Shown here: in pieces, positions 44,463 to 54,234 of the stretch
Position numbering within the stretch: position 1 is the first letter of the stretch
How the letters are laid out: each line of letters begins with the position of its first letter
Assembly: GCA_965116875.1 (NCBI GenBank)
Contig: OZ220733.1
Span: 3,488,001 to 3,552,000, forward strand
DNA: 64,000 nt
DNA from: Candidatus Latescibacterota bacterium
Lineage (GTDB): Bacteria; Latescibacterota; UBA2968; GCA-2709665
Direction of reading: 5' to 3'
Made by a program: the position numbers and the translations under genes
The notes under the pieces: generated by a model
Database searches by the model: none
The model's input: only the letters and a program-made list of their open reading frames with translations
Told to the model about the DNA's origin: nothing

Positions 44463-45488
44463 TTACCGGTACGGAGGCGCGTATAACAGGCCGCCCCCGG
44501 TCCACAGCGCATTGACACCTCTTTCGAGTCCGATGTCGGTATTCACGCCAAGGTTTTTTTCGAATATTTCGCCGTAGTTGCCAACCGAGGAAATGACGCT
44601 GACAACCCAGTCGGCCCTCAATCCGAGCATTGCGCCGTATTCGCCTTCGGAACCCAGCATTCTGTTGATTTCAGCGTCTTTGCTCGTCTGACCGGCCATT
44701 TCAGCGACATTTGCTGACGTTATCCCCTTTTCCTCGGCAATGATCAGAACGTTCAGTACCCAGCGAACCACGTCACCCCATTCATCGTCGCCGTGTCGAA
44801 CGAGCGGCCCCAGGGGTTCCTTGGATATGACTTCCGGAAGAACGACGTGGTCAGCCGGATTGTCCAGTGTTGCACGCGTTGCGGCAAGTCCCGAACGGTC
44901 CGTCGTATAGACGTCGCATCGTCCGCTGAGGTAATTCTGACGTGCTTCTTCATTGGATTCGATTGGAACAGGTTCGTAACTCATTCCGTTTCGACGGAAA
45001 AAATCCGCCAGATTCAGCTCCGTCGTCGTGCCGGTCTGAATGCACACCGAAGCGCCATCGAGTTCGGTTGCACTGGACACACCCAACGATGCGGGAACCA
45101 TAAACCCCTGGCCGTCGTAGAAGCTCACGCCCAGAAAAGTCAGTTTGAGATCAACGTCTCGACTGTACGTCCACGTCGTGTTCCTGGAAAGGATGTCAAT
45201 TTCACCTGCTTTCAGCGCCTCGAAGCGGGTCTTTCCGGTCAGGGTGGTGTATTTGACCTTTGATGCGTCACCGAATACCGCTGCTGCAACGGCATCGCAA
45301 AGTGCAACGTCGAATCCTCTCCAGTTGCCTTTGTCGTCAGTAAAAGCAAACCCGGCCAATCCTGTATTGATACCGCATTGAAGGTGGCCTCTTGCCCGTA
45401 CGTCATCGAGGGTACCTGCATGACTCAGCCCGGTGACTGCAAATCCGGCCAGAGCAAGTATCAGCGAACCGATCCTGATCGGTGTCAT
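44463..45488 (-). CDS. aapJ: Amino acid ABC transporter substrate-binding protein
   Basis: TLD.V.ARG.L.CG, RNTTWT.SRD, YDGQGF, ISKEPLGP.VR.GD, VGNYGEIFE.N.G, N.LW..GGL.YAPP.R. Confidence 0.88.
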   Translation of the reverse strand: MTPIRIGSLILALAGFAVTGLSHAGTLDDVRARGHLQCGINTGLAGFAFTDDKGNWRGFDVALCDAVAAAVFGDASKVKYTTLTGKTRFEALKAGEIDILSRNTTWTYSRDVDLKLTFLGVSFYDGQGFMVPASLGVSSATELDGASVCIQTGTTTELNLADFFRRNGMSYEPVPIESNEEARQNYLSGRCDVYTTDRSGLAATRATLDNPADHVVLPEVISKEPLGPLVRHGDDEWGDVVRWVLNVLIIAEEKGITSANVAEMAGQTSKDAEINRMLGSEGEYGAMLGLRADWVVSVISSVGNYGEIFEKNLGVNTDIGLERGVNALWTGGGLLYAPPYR

Positions 45489-45668
45489 CGACAATCTCCC
45501 TGTTTGAGGTTTACTTCCATAACAGTCCGTTGACCCCTAAAATACGCCGGGCGCCTTCCAAGTATTATACGAAGGCGAGTCCTCTTTCCCAAGAGGTTGT
45601 TTCGGCAGTCGTGCCGCCTTTCATGAAACGCGCCGGGACCCCTGATCCACAGCCACAGGAGAGACAAA

Positions 45669-47033
45669 GTGAAACGCGAGCATATTTTCGCCCACTACGA
45701 ACAGGACGCGACCCGGTACTGGAAGCTCAGGGAGGGCGGGTACGCCAGTCCCATGAGCGTTTTCCAGGGGGACGAAATCACATTTCATATCTCGAATTCC
45801 AGATCGTACTATGACGTGTTCGTATATCACGAAGGGGCCGGACGGCGTCTCGTAAAAGAGATACGAAATCTGCGCGGCGCGCTTCCACGGATCCCCGAGT
45901 TCGGATACCGCGACGGATTCGACTGGCCCGCGACGGTGGGATTCCGGGTGCCTGATGACTGGAAGAGCGGTGTCTACATCGCGAGTTTTCCCACCGCGCA
46001 GGGGATCCGGGAGATCCTGTTCGTCGTTCGCCCGCGGGTTCCCGCCGCGCCTGTCCTTCTCACGATAGAGACCAATACCTACGCCGCCTACAACCCGGTG
46101 GGAGGAAAAAGCCTCTTTCACTACCTGTCCACCGATCGGACCCACAGCGACCTGGTGACGTTCGAGCGGCCTCTACAGCCGGACATGATGGGCGGATTCT
46201 ACGCGTGGGACCAGTTCATCACTTCGTGGCTGGACGCCGAAGGTTATTCCGTGGACTACTGCGTCAACGCGGACCACGACCGGGAACCGGACATTCTCGA
46301 CAGCTACCCCGCACATCTCAGGATCGGCCATGGAGAGTATACCAGCCGCGAAGAGTGTGAACAGCTTCAGCGCTTCGTCGCCCGCGGCGGGAACCTGATC
46401 GTGCTGGCGGGGAACTCGTTCTCGCACCTGGTGGAGACTCGGCACAACGGACGTCAGCTCTATTGCGCCAAGACCCGGTACAAGAAGCATCCGCTGGGCA
46501 CCCCGGAGGACCCGCACACGTCCCTGCTGCGCGGAATCGACAACCTTCGCCAGCGCACCATCGGGGTCTCATATTCGGCCGCCGTCCACGCGAAGACGGC
46601 TACGCCCGGTGTGTTCATTGCGCCGACAACCGAAGAGTACGGGTTCTTCCGCGTGAGCCGCCCGGAACACTGGGCGTTCGAGGGGACCGGGTTGGCGGAA
46701 GGGGACGAATTCGGACGCGAGGACTCGATCGTGGGCGTGGAATGCGACGGCGGCGACGTCGAGTTCAGAGACGGCAAGCCATACTTCACGGGCAGCGACG
46801 GCATCAGCCCGCATTACCGGATCATCGCGATCGGTGACGCGGAAGACCACGGATTCAACGCGGACCTCGGCATTCACTACAACCGGTTCTACGCCACCAT
46901 TGCCGTGAACGAGACGGAGTTCGAGGGGACGGTCTTCACGGCGGCAACCATGGAATGGTCGCACGGACTGTACAGGAATGACGGCCCCGTGGCGCGAATC
47001 ACCCGCAACGTCCTGGATCGTCTGGGTGGATAG
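45669..47033 (+). CDS. N,N-dimethylformamidase beta-subunit-like domain protein
   Basis: EGYA..MSV..G..I.F, VP.DWKSGVY, TNTYAAYN..GG.SL, GH.EY.S, G.E.DG, GTVF.AATM.W...L. Confidence 0.75.
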   Translation: MKREHIFAHYEQDATRYWKLREGGYASPMSVFQGDEITFHISNSRSYYDVFVYHEGAGRRLVKEIRNLRGALPRIPEFGYRDGFDWPATVGFRVPDDWKSGVYIASFPTAQGIREILFVVRPRVPAAPVLLTIETNTYAAYNPVGGKSLFHYLSTDRTHSDLVTFERPLQPDMMGGFYAWDQFITSWLDAEGYSVDYCVNADHDREPDILDSYPAHLRIGHGEYTSREECEQLQRFVARGGNLIVLAGNSFSHLVETRHNGRQLYCAKTRYKKHPLGTPEDPHTSLLRGIDNLRQRTIGVSYSAAVHAKTATPGVFIAPTTEEYGFFRVSRPEHWAFEGTGLAEGDEFGREDSIVGVECDGGDVEFRDGKPYFTGSDGISPHYRIIAIGDAEDHGFNADLGIHYNRFYATIAVNETEFEGTVFTAATMEWSHGLYRNDGPVARITRNVLDRLGG

Positions 47034-47044
47034 GCGAGAGCAGT

Positions 47045-48380
47045 AGGGCAGGCCGACGAAGGATCGACTGCGGCATGGGATCATCCCCGAGCGATTTTCA
47101 CGTTTCGATACCTGAGAGGCGGCACGTCCGCCTTCTGCATTGACGGCGTCAAATGGCATTGTGACCGAACGTCGTGTGCAAAACCACACGGTAGAAATTC
47201 TCGTGAATCGTCGCGTCAACATCTAAAGTCGTTCACCAATCCTTGGACAAGTCTCCCATGGCCGGATTGGTACAACTGATCAGATTGAGCTTTTTCTGGC
47301 GGCTCCAACCCTTCAGTTGCATTTCCCGCGAAATCGCTACGTGAATATCGGATGTCTGTTCAAAGTATAACAGTCGATTCAAACCGTATTTGCGTGTGAA
47401 TCCTGCAAAGTGCTTGTGTTTGTGCTCATAGACCCGTCGTCTGAGATCATTCGTGACGCCAATATAGAGGGTTCCAGTTCGATTTGTCATAATGTAGACG
47501 AAGTATTGGTTCATGGGAGTTTTGGACTGCCCGAACTTCTGACCAGGCGTCGATATGCGCTCTTTACCCCGCTCAGAATGACATGCTGGCCTATTGCCAG
47601 GCACAACGCTTCCCGCTGTCATCCAGAGGAGGCTTGGGTGCAACGTCCAGGAAACACATCCGTTACACGTGAGACCAGAATGTCATGTAGAGAAAGCCCC
47701 AGGCCGACGAAGGATCTACTGCGGCATGGGATGATTACAAAGCGTCAGGCATTCGATCCGCCAACAAATGCAGCACAATACCGCTCCTGATTCGACTCCA
47801 CTCAGATTGACATACTTTGCAGTAATTGCTGGCGAAATCTGTCGGTCAGGTGTCGGTACAAACTGTCATCCTGGCGATGCTCGTGTGAGGGTGGGGCGGA
47901 CATTCCTGTCTGCCCTCGTCATAGCATTCTGTCGCCATGGATAAAGTTTGACGAAGCCGCCAAAATGACGAAGCGTCCGCGCACAAGTTCATCTACAAAG
48001 ACGATGAACTACACGTACAATCGAGAAGACGGGAGATTCTTCGCTGCGCTCTGAATGACACGACTTGCAAAAAAACCATCGGCGAAATGTATCTGTTAGA
48101 TCTTCGCTCCGCTCTGAATGACATGCTGACCGATCGGCAAGCACGATGCTCCCCACTGTCATCCAGAGGAGGCCTGGGTGCAACGTCCGCGAAGTGCATC
48201 GGTTTCACTGGACACCAGACTATCATCTTGGGCCGGCACCCAGGCCGACGAAGGATCTACTGCAGCATCGTATCGTCTCTGCGCGAATTGCACGTGGCGG
48301 TCCCTGAGAGGCAGCACGTCCGCCTCCACCGCGGGACGGCAGCGGCGAACGATGCTTCGACTCCGCTCAGAATGACATGC
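47045..48380. repeat. Dense cluster of palindromic REP-like repeats around the GIY-YIG gene
   Basis: caggccgacgaaggatc.actgc at ~47049, 47700, 48241; cgctc(a/t)gaatgaca at ~47569, 48045, 48110, 48364; tgtcatccagaggaggc.tgggtgcaacgtcc at ~47617 and 48157; ggtggggcggacattcctgtctgccc at ~47890. Confidence 0.8.
47233..47514 (-). CDS. Small GIY-YIG nuclease (YhbQ/UPF0213-like)
   Basis: YFVYIMTNRTGTLYIGVTNDLRRRVYEHK...FT.KY...L.YFE....AI.RE.QLKGWSR.KK..LI. Confidence 0.9.
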   Translation of the reverse strand: MNQYFVYIMTNRTGTLYIGVTNDLRRRVYEHKHKHFAGFTRKYGLNRLLYFEQTSDIHVAISREMQLKGWSRQKKLNLISCTNPAMGDLSKDW

Positions 48381-48589
48381 GTCGCAACAAACACAAACGA
48401 ATGGCAACCTGGTTTTCGTTATCCGGGCTACACCCGTACAAGTTCGCGAATTGGAGCCAATTTACGATCGTCTTCTCAGAGAATCCCACGGTTCCTCAAC
48501 AGCAGTGATGGTCATTCACGGCCTTGCAGTGTTCAGCCGCAACCAGATAGATGGAAGTGAACATACGATCCCATCTGCCGGCCCAATCA

Positions 48590-48844
48590 CTATTCTTCCA
48601 AATACTTCGACCACAAGTTCAGTGCCACCAGCGCAGTCATAAATATCACAAGAATACCTACGACTGCGGATTTCAATATCTGTCGTATCGTCAACAGTGA
48701 CGGAGGAAAAGTCAAAGCAAAACACACCACACCCAGGAATAAGAACACCCAGGCCATCACGCGCAACCGATGAAGGGCTTTCGGTAAGTTTCTTCTAAAG
48801 AGAATGGAAATTCCATCAAATACAAGGTGGAGAAGATAATCCAT
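48590..48844 (-). CDS. Small 2-TM membrane protein (84 aa), copy 1
   Basis: GAGGA RBS; closely similar paralog at 51734-51988 with identical length. Confidence 0.7.
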   Translation of the reverse strand: MDYLLHLVFDGISILFRRNLPKALHRLRVMAWVFLFLGVVCFALTFPPSLLTIRQILKSAVVGILVIFMTALVALNLWSKYLEE

Positions 48845-49011
48845 GAATTAAGATTCCTCTTCAACTAACGAGAGGTCATTTCAACACCGCCGGTTTTGTC
48901 TTTGACAAAAGCACCGGTTTAAAATTGGACACGGAAGACCGGATGGTGAGTGGAGGTGGCATCCACTCGGCAATATTCGAATTAACGTCCCGCAAAAATG
49001 ACGAATCGTGG

Positions 49012-49237
49012 TTAACCTTGATTCGCAATTATCCGGGGTCCTGAATGTCGAATATATACAGAAGAACAGAGGCGAATTGATGTCAAAGATCCCGGATACT
49101 TGAGGTCACTGGACGTGAACGGGAATTTCATCCATTTGTACGACCTCGATGCCGCGCTCTTGCGCTGATTCCTTCTGTGCCTTTTGTGCTTTCTGTGGTA
49201 AGTTTTGGCGTTGCCCTTTTTTTCGAATCAAGGATAA
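49012..49237. mobile_element. TTAA-ended MITE-like element, copy B
   Basis: TTAACCTTGATTCG ... CGAATCAAGGATAA; ~190 bp colinear with the 53924 copy. Confidence 0.75.
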
Positions 49238-49247
49238 AAGGCGGTGA

Positions 49248-50093
49248 ATGATGGAGTCCTGGAGAATAATACTCTGGTTGATAACGATCGGTTTTGTGAT
49301 TATCGTCCTGGCTTTCTTGGTCGTTCCGCCGATTGTCTGGTGGGTCTATAGACGCTATATAGCTCCCCTTGAAGATCGGTATCGAACTTTCTGGCCCCGA
49401 CTGTGGGCGAGTTGGATTGATTGTGTGGTGCTATTTCCATTCGCCATTGTCTTTGGGATTCTATTTCACCCGGAAGTTGCAGGTGCATTGTGGGAAGAGG
49501 CGCGTTGGATGTTGATCGTTGTCTCTCTGATAAATCACGCATATTTGTGGTTCTATTCGATTTATATGCATGGTCGATGGGGGCGGACAGTTGGGAAAAT
49601 GACCACACGGGTCAAGGTTGTTGATGCTGTTACTGAAGAACCCATCACTTACAAGAAAGCATTCCTTCGAGACAGTGTCCCTATTCTGATTCTGTTCCCG
49701 TTAAAAATCTACTCGCTCTATCGTCTGTTAACCGGGTCAGGATACAATATACTTCAGGCAAGTTCAGATTATTCTGCGCTGGCCAATATTGTCGATTGGA
49801 CAGATTTTATCGCAGGACTCTGGTGGTTCGCCGAGATTGTCACGATGCTCACGAATGAAAAGCGACGGGCCGTACACGACTTTATCGCGGGGACGGTTGT
49901 CGTGAGAATGAATGTGGACGAAGATAACGAAAAGATTGGTGGGTGTCTTCATTACGCCAGGGAGAGTATTTACAGCACTCCGCGCGGAAACCCGACAAGA
50001 GGATTGGTGGGTCCCAATACTTATAGTGACTATCGTCGTTTTTATTCAAGGATCTTTGTTGTTTCCAAATGCTTTAGAAAAATCAGTATCTGA
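49248..50093 (+). CDS. RDD family membrane protein (C-terminus probably read-through into the next gene)
   Basis: RY.TFWPRLWA..ID, G.T.GK....VKVV, RRAVHDFIAGTVVV. Confidence 0.85.
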   Translation: MMESWRIILWLITIGFVIIVLAFLVVPPIVWWVYRRYIAPLEDRYRTFWPRLWASWIDCVVLFPFAIVFGILFHPEVAGALWEEARWMLIVVSLINHAYLWFYSIYMHGRWGRTVGKMTTRVKVVDAVTEEPITYKKAFLRDSVPILILFPLKIYSLYRLLTGSGYNILQASSDYSALANIVDWTDFIAGLWWFAEIVTMLTNEKRRAVHDFIAGTVVVRMNVDEDNEKIGGCLHYARESIYSTPRGNPTRGLVGPNTYSDYRRFYSRIFVVSKCFRKISI

Positions 50094-50607
50094 TCAACTT
50101 CAGCATATTGAAAGCATCGACAGGAAGAACTGGTCCTTGTATCTTGACAATGCCCGTTTGACGGGTTTGAATTCTGCCTATACCACATCGATTGCTGGAG
50201 CAATTGGTATTTTTCTTGTGGCTGTCATTTATTGGGTAATAATTCGTGTTATATTTCGAAGCAACGTTACTTACAAAATGGTCTTGGCAGTGACAAGTTG
50301 TAGCTTTCTCATTCAAGTCCTCGAGGCGGTGGTTACAATACCACTTGCCATGGATGCCAGGTTGACTCGAGTCCAGATCCGCCTGGGGTCATTGGTGCCC
50401 GAATCTTTAGATGGAGTTCTTTTCTTTGATTTTCTGTCCTTAATCTCGGTATTTGATCTCTGGAAATATGCACTAATGGGGTTCGGTTTGGTAATCGTAA
50501 GCGGAATTGAATCGAAAATAGCGAAGTACTGTTTATTCGTACTTTGTCTCGCCAGTGCCCTGGGTGTGGCTGGCCAGGAGTGGGGGCCGTCAATTAGATT
50601 CAAGTAA
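49912..50607 (+). CDS. Yip1-domain membrane protein
   Basis: GVFITPGRVF..L...WWVP start typical of Yip1-like proteins; about five TM segments; SVFDLW...L...GL. Confidence 0.7.
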   Translation: MWTKITKRLVGVFITPGRVFTALRAETRQEDWWVPILIVTIVVFIQGSLLFPNALEKSVSDQLQHIESIDRKNWSLYLDNARLTGLNSAYTTSIAGAIGIFLVAVIYWVIIRVIFRSNVTYKMVLAVTSCSFLIQVLEAVVTIPLAMDARLTRVQIRLGSLVPESLDGVLFFDFLSLISVFDLWKYALMGFGLVIVSGIESKIAKYCLFVLCLASALGVAGQEWGPSIRFK

Positions 50608-50719
50608 ATGCACGCGAACGCCGGGATCTAATCTCGTCGCCACACGCTACATCACATGACCGAGGGCTAATTCCCTACACGAGGTTTGTAGTCCACGTTT
50701 TCGGAGGGGGGAACCAAGA

Positions 50720-50938
50720 TTGAAGTATACGTCTATTCTACTTGGTTGTATAATCGGACTCTCTATAGGACTGTCGTTTAGATGGGTGAGTATAATCAGC
50801 AAGTTAGGACTATCTCGATTCAGGAAGACTATCGAGTTAATATTGGCAATAATTGGGCTCGTATCACTCCCGATTTTGACATGGTATCATGGATTTCTGA
50901 CCGCATTCGAGGGTTTGACTGATCTTTTTGTTGATTAA
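50720..50938 (+). CDS. Small hydrophobic 2-TM protein (72 aa)
   Basis: GGAGG RBS upstream, two hydrophobic segments, AT-rich coding. Confidence 0.5.
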   Translation: MKYTSILLGCIIGLSIGLSFRWVSIISKLGLSRFRKTIELILAIIGLVSLPILTWYHGFLTAFEGLTDLFVD

Positions 50939-51108
50939 CCAGATTATCCATCGGAAATAATCAATCGCCCTGGCACACAGCCCAGGGCGATTCGCTTTGG
51001 GTATTTGAATTCAATAGCCAAGGAATCAGGGGTCATATGGCATTTTATCAGGGAGTTCCCCTTCGTTCTCATCTTCTTTTTATAATCACCAAAATGCGAC
51101 CTTTGCAT

Positions 51109-51250
51109 GATCGGCCTGATCAGGCCACCTGAGATGCGGTTAAGGTTTCGGACCTTCCGCCGACGTTTCGACGTGTCAATGATCGCCCATATGGAGCCAC
51201 GTGAAGATCGGCGTAATGGCGCCACCTGAGGTAAGCGGAAACGGGTCTCA
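51109..51250. repeat. 25-bp-period GATCG...GCCA repeat element, copy 1
   Basis: Colinear with 53553-53720. Confidence 0.75.
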
Positions 51251-51284
51251 AACTTTCCGGCGACGGTTCTACCTTCGCAGAACA

Positions 51285-51662
51285 TGTCATCTTGAGGAGG
51301 CCAGCGCGCTCAGAATGGCGTGTTTTACGATCGTCATGCACGTGGCTTCCCGCTGTTATTCAGAGGACTTGCACTGAGCCTGTCGAAGCAAGCCTGCCGA
51401 AGGATTGTCGAAGGGTCGAAGGGGCACCCGGGCCGACGAAGGATCTACTGCGGCATCGGAGGATCTCATAAGTTCCCTCATTCGTGTAACCTGACGAGCA
51501 GAATCTGGTTTGAAGGTGGGGCGGACATTCCTGTCTGCCCGGTCTCCGGTTTGGCCCCGAGGCTCACGATAGATGGCCAGGGGGCGCCGCAATACGGGCA
51601 TTTCGACAAGCTCAATGACCACGTGTTGATAAGGACTCTTCGACTCCGCTCAGAATGACATG
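51285..51662. repeat. REP-like repeat cluster
   Basis: gcactgagcctgtcgaag, ggccgacgaaggatctactgc, ggtggggcggacattcctgtctgccc, ttcgacaagctca, ttcgactccgctcagaatgaca units shared with 47-48 kb and 16.2 kb. Confidence 0.75.
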
Positions 51663-51733
51663 GCAATTGCGAGCCGAATAACGCCCAGTTGCGCCCCTGG
51701 GCTTGTTTCGAATAACACCGGTCCCGAATATCA

Positions 51734-51988
51734 CTATTCTTCCAAATACTTCGACCACAAGTTAAGTGCCACCAGCGCACTCATAAATATCACGAGAATT
51801 CCTACGACTGCGAATTTTAATATCTGTCGAATCGTCACCAACGACGTAGAAAGAGTCAAAGCAAAACAAACCACACCCAGAAACAAGAAAACCCAGGCCA
51901 TCACGCGCAACCGATGAAGGGCTTTCGGTAAGTGCCTTTTAAACAAAATGGATATACCATCAATCACAAGCCGGAGAAGCAGATCCAT
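51734..51988 (-). CDS. Small 2-TM membrane protein (84 aa), copy 2
   Basis: Paralog of 48590-48844 (LPKALHRLRVMAWVFLFLGVVCFALT and LVALNLWSKYLEE identical). Confidence 0.7.
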   Translation of the reverse strand: MDLLLRLVIDGISILFKRHLPKALHRLRVMAWVFLFLGVVCFALTLSTSLVTIRQILKFAVVGILVIFMSALVALNLWSKYLEE

Positions 51989-52123
51989 AAGTCAGGATTC
52001 CTCTATTACCAATTCATCGGCCATTCGTTCTATCGCCCGTACCAAAGACGTGTTAACAGAGACAACTGAAAAAAGAATACGGCACGCGAACTCCCAATTG
52101 CCCACGGCCGCACCTGGGCTTGC

Positions 52124-52768
52124 CTAATCTTCTTCCCCCTCGTCAATATTCGTCCTGACCACAACTGTTCCTGCGATAAAATCATGCACCGCTCGTCTCC
52201 TATCATTGGTAAGCATGGTGATGATCTCAACGAACCACCAGATCCCACGAATATATAGCGTCCAATTTGCAAGTTCATTTAATGCAGACGATCCGCGAAC
52301 CGGAGATTCAATTAGCAATAAATAAGAATTATAAATAAGCAGTGGAATGCTAAGCAATATTGGTACACAATCTCGAAGCAAGGCGTGCCGAAAGGTAATC
52401 GGTTCCTCGGTTAAAGCATTAACAACACGCACACGTGTAAACATCTTCCCCACGGTTTGACCGAAACGACCATGCAAATAAACTGAGTAGACCCACGATA
52501 TTACAGGATAACCCCAAACGATAACTATCACAGCCAGCCACAACGCCGTGTCCCAAACTGCAGGATAAAATGTCGCGAAATTTTGTGGAATATAGATCAA
52601 CACACTTAGCACCAAAGCATCAGTAATACTCGCCCATAATCGAGGCCAGAATGTCCGATACCGTTGGTCCGGATAAGCCGGGTGTTTTCTGTAGAACCAC
52701 CAGGTGATCGGCGGTATCGTAAGAAAAACCAGGACAATAATCACAATAATGACTATAAAGTCTATCAT
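52124..52768 (-). CDS. RDD family membrane protein, paralog 2
   Basis: RYRTFWPRLWAS.TD, GQTVGKM, RRAVHDFIAGTVVVR; GGAG RBS before MIDF. Confidence 0.85.
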   Translation of the reverse strand: MIDFIVIIVIIVLVFLTIPPITWWFYRKHPAYPDQRYRTFWPRLWASITDALVLSVLIYIPQNFATFYPAVWDTALWLAVIVIVWGYPVISWVYSVYLHGRFGQTVGKMFTRVRVVNALTEEPITFRHALLRDCVPILLSIPLLIYNSYLLLIESPVRGSSALNELANWTLYIRGIWWFVEIITMLTNDRRRAVHDFIAGTVVVRTNIDEGEED

Positions 52769-52996
52769 ATCAGGTTCTCTCCAGGATTCCCCTGGACTCC
52801 AATCGCCCTGGGGAATCGAATGAGGTAATTTTACCGCGTGCAGCACTGTGAGAACGTGAAATCGCAGTATCTCTGGATGCGTCTTTCGCCGGATTTGCTG
52901 ACCACAAACAGGACCTTTGAGCGAGTAGGGGTTGCTCAAGGAGCTTGATCCTGAGAACCAGGTGGTATTGAAGGACTGCCCCTGAAGTCTAACCGA

Positions 52997-53521
52997 CTAA
53001 AGGAGTTTCATGCCGAAAACCAAGGCATTGTGGAAACCGTGGGCAATGGCAGTGACCCAATAGGCCCTCCAATAACTTACCCGTTTCCAATGGACTAAAG
53101 AAAGGGCAAAAACGAAACCACATGAGATACCAACGACCCAATCCGTCATGCTTGAAGGCGGAGGCAGAATATGCATTCCAGCAAAAACGCAAAGTGACAG
53201 ATAGACCATCAGGGGAATTCTGTTGGTGACAAGCGTTACCAGTCGAATTGGGAGCCATTGGCCAACAAATGTCTCAATTAGAGGCGCAGCAATAGCCACG
53301 GTTACAAATGTCTCCAGATAACCATCTTTCATTCCATCAGTGGCATCGCCTTCTACTGCGCCTCCGATATTTTCTATAAAGCCATACCAGAAAACCGCAA
53401 CAACCATAGCTACAAGGAGTTTTAGAACGAAGAGATAACCGGTGATTACAAGTATAAACCCGGGTATTCGAAACCTTTCAAGCCACTCAATATGCCGTTC
53501 CACGAAAACGCTTAGGCTCAT
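52997..53521 (-). CDS. CPBP/CAAX-protease (Abi-like) intramembrane metalloprotease family protein
   Basis: APLIET (motif 1 variant), FAGMH, AIAHGFHNAL motifs in a multi-TM protein. Confidence 0.75.
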   Translation of the reverse strand: MSLSVFVERHIEWLERFRIPGFILVITGYLFVLKLLVAMVVAVFWYGFIENIGGAVEGDATDGMKDGYLETFVTVAIAAPLIETFVGQWLPIRLVTLVTNRIPLMVYLSLCVFAGMHILPPPSSMTDWVVGISCGFVFALSLVHWKRVSYWRAYWVTAIAHGFHNALVFGMKLL

Positions 53522-53527
53522 ATTAAT

Positions 53528-53720
53528 GATCGCTCATATACGGCCATTGCAGGATCGGCCTTATCAGGCCACCTGGGATGCGGTTGAGGTTTCGGACCTG
53601 CCGTCGACGTTTCGACGTGTAAGTGATCGGGCGCATGGAGCCATTTGAGGATCGCGATAATGGCGCCACGTGAAGATCGCCGTAATGGCGCCACGTGAGG
53701 TAACCGAAAAAGGGGTCTCG
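53528..53720. repeat. 25-bp-period GATCG...GCCA repeat element, copy 2
   Basis: Units such as gatcggccttatcaggccacctgg and gatcgccgtaatggcgccacgtga. Confidence 0.75.
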
Positions 53721-53889
53721 GGCATTCCGTTCATCGTTTTGTACCTTCTGACGGCACAGTAGATAACTTTTCGCACAAGTCAGGAGGGATACAGGATGGC
53801 AATCCGGAGGTTCGAGTGAATGAGCCTGTGCGCCGCCGCTGAAGACCGAGATTAAGGAGGGAAAGAATCCTTACAATAATGGACCAATT

Positions 53890-53918
53890 AGCCCCTGGAC
53901 TCTATCTGTCCAGGGGCT
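53890..53918. terminator. Stem-loop (possible terminator)
   Basis: agcccctggac-tctatct-gtccaggggct. Confidence 0.5.
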
Positions 53919-53923
53919 CGTTG

Positions 53924-54234
53924 TTAACCTTGATTCGAAATTATCCTGGGACCTGAATGTCGAATATATACAGAAGAACAAAGGCAAATTGATGTCAAAG
54001 TTGCCGGATACTTGAAGTCACTGGACGTGAACGGAAATTCCATCCACTTGTACGACCTCGATGCCCTGCCTATGTGCTGATACCTTCTGTGCCTTTTGTG
54101 CCTGCCTGCCGCGCTGCACTTGGCCTGTCTGCGTGCAGGTTTTCCCTGCCTGCGCCGCGGGCGCGGCAGGCAGGCGCACAGGCAGGCGCAGGCAGGCTTT
54201 TTGTGGTAAGTGCCTTTTTTCGGATTGAGGTTAA
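53924..54234. mobile_element. TTAA-ended MITE-like element, copy C, with a nested ~95-bp GCCTGC/GCAGGC insertion
   Basis: TTAACCTTGATTCG ... CGGATTGAGGTTAA; colinear with copy B except for the insertion at ~54100-54197. Confidence 0.75.

Noticed and set aside
47989-48560. Short ORFs containing CHSERS motifs
   Set aside because: They are translations of the palindromic REP units, not genes.
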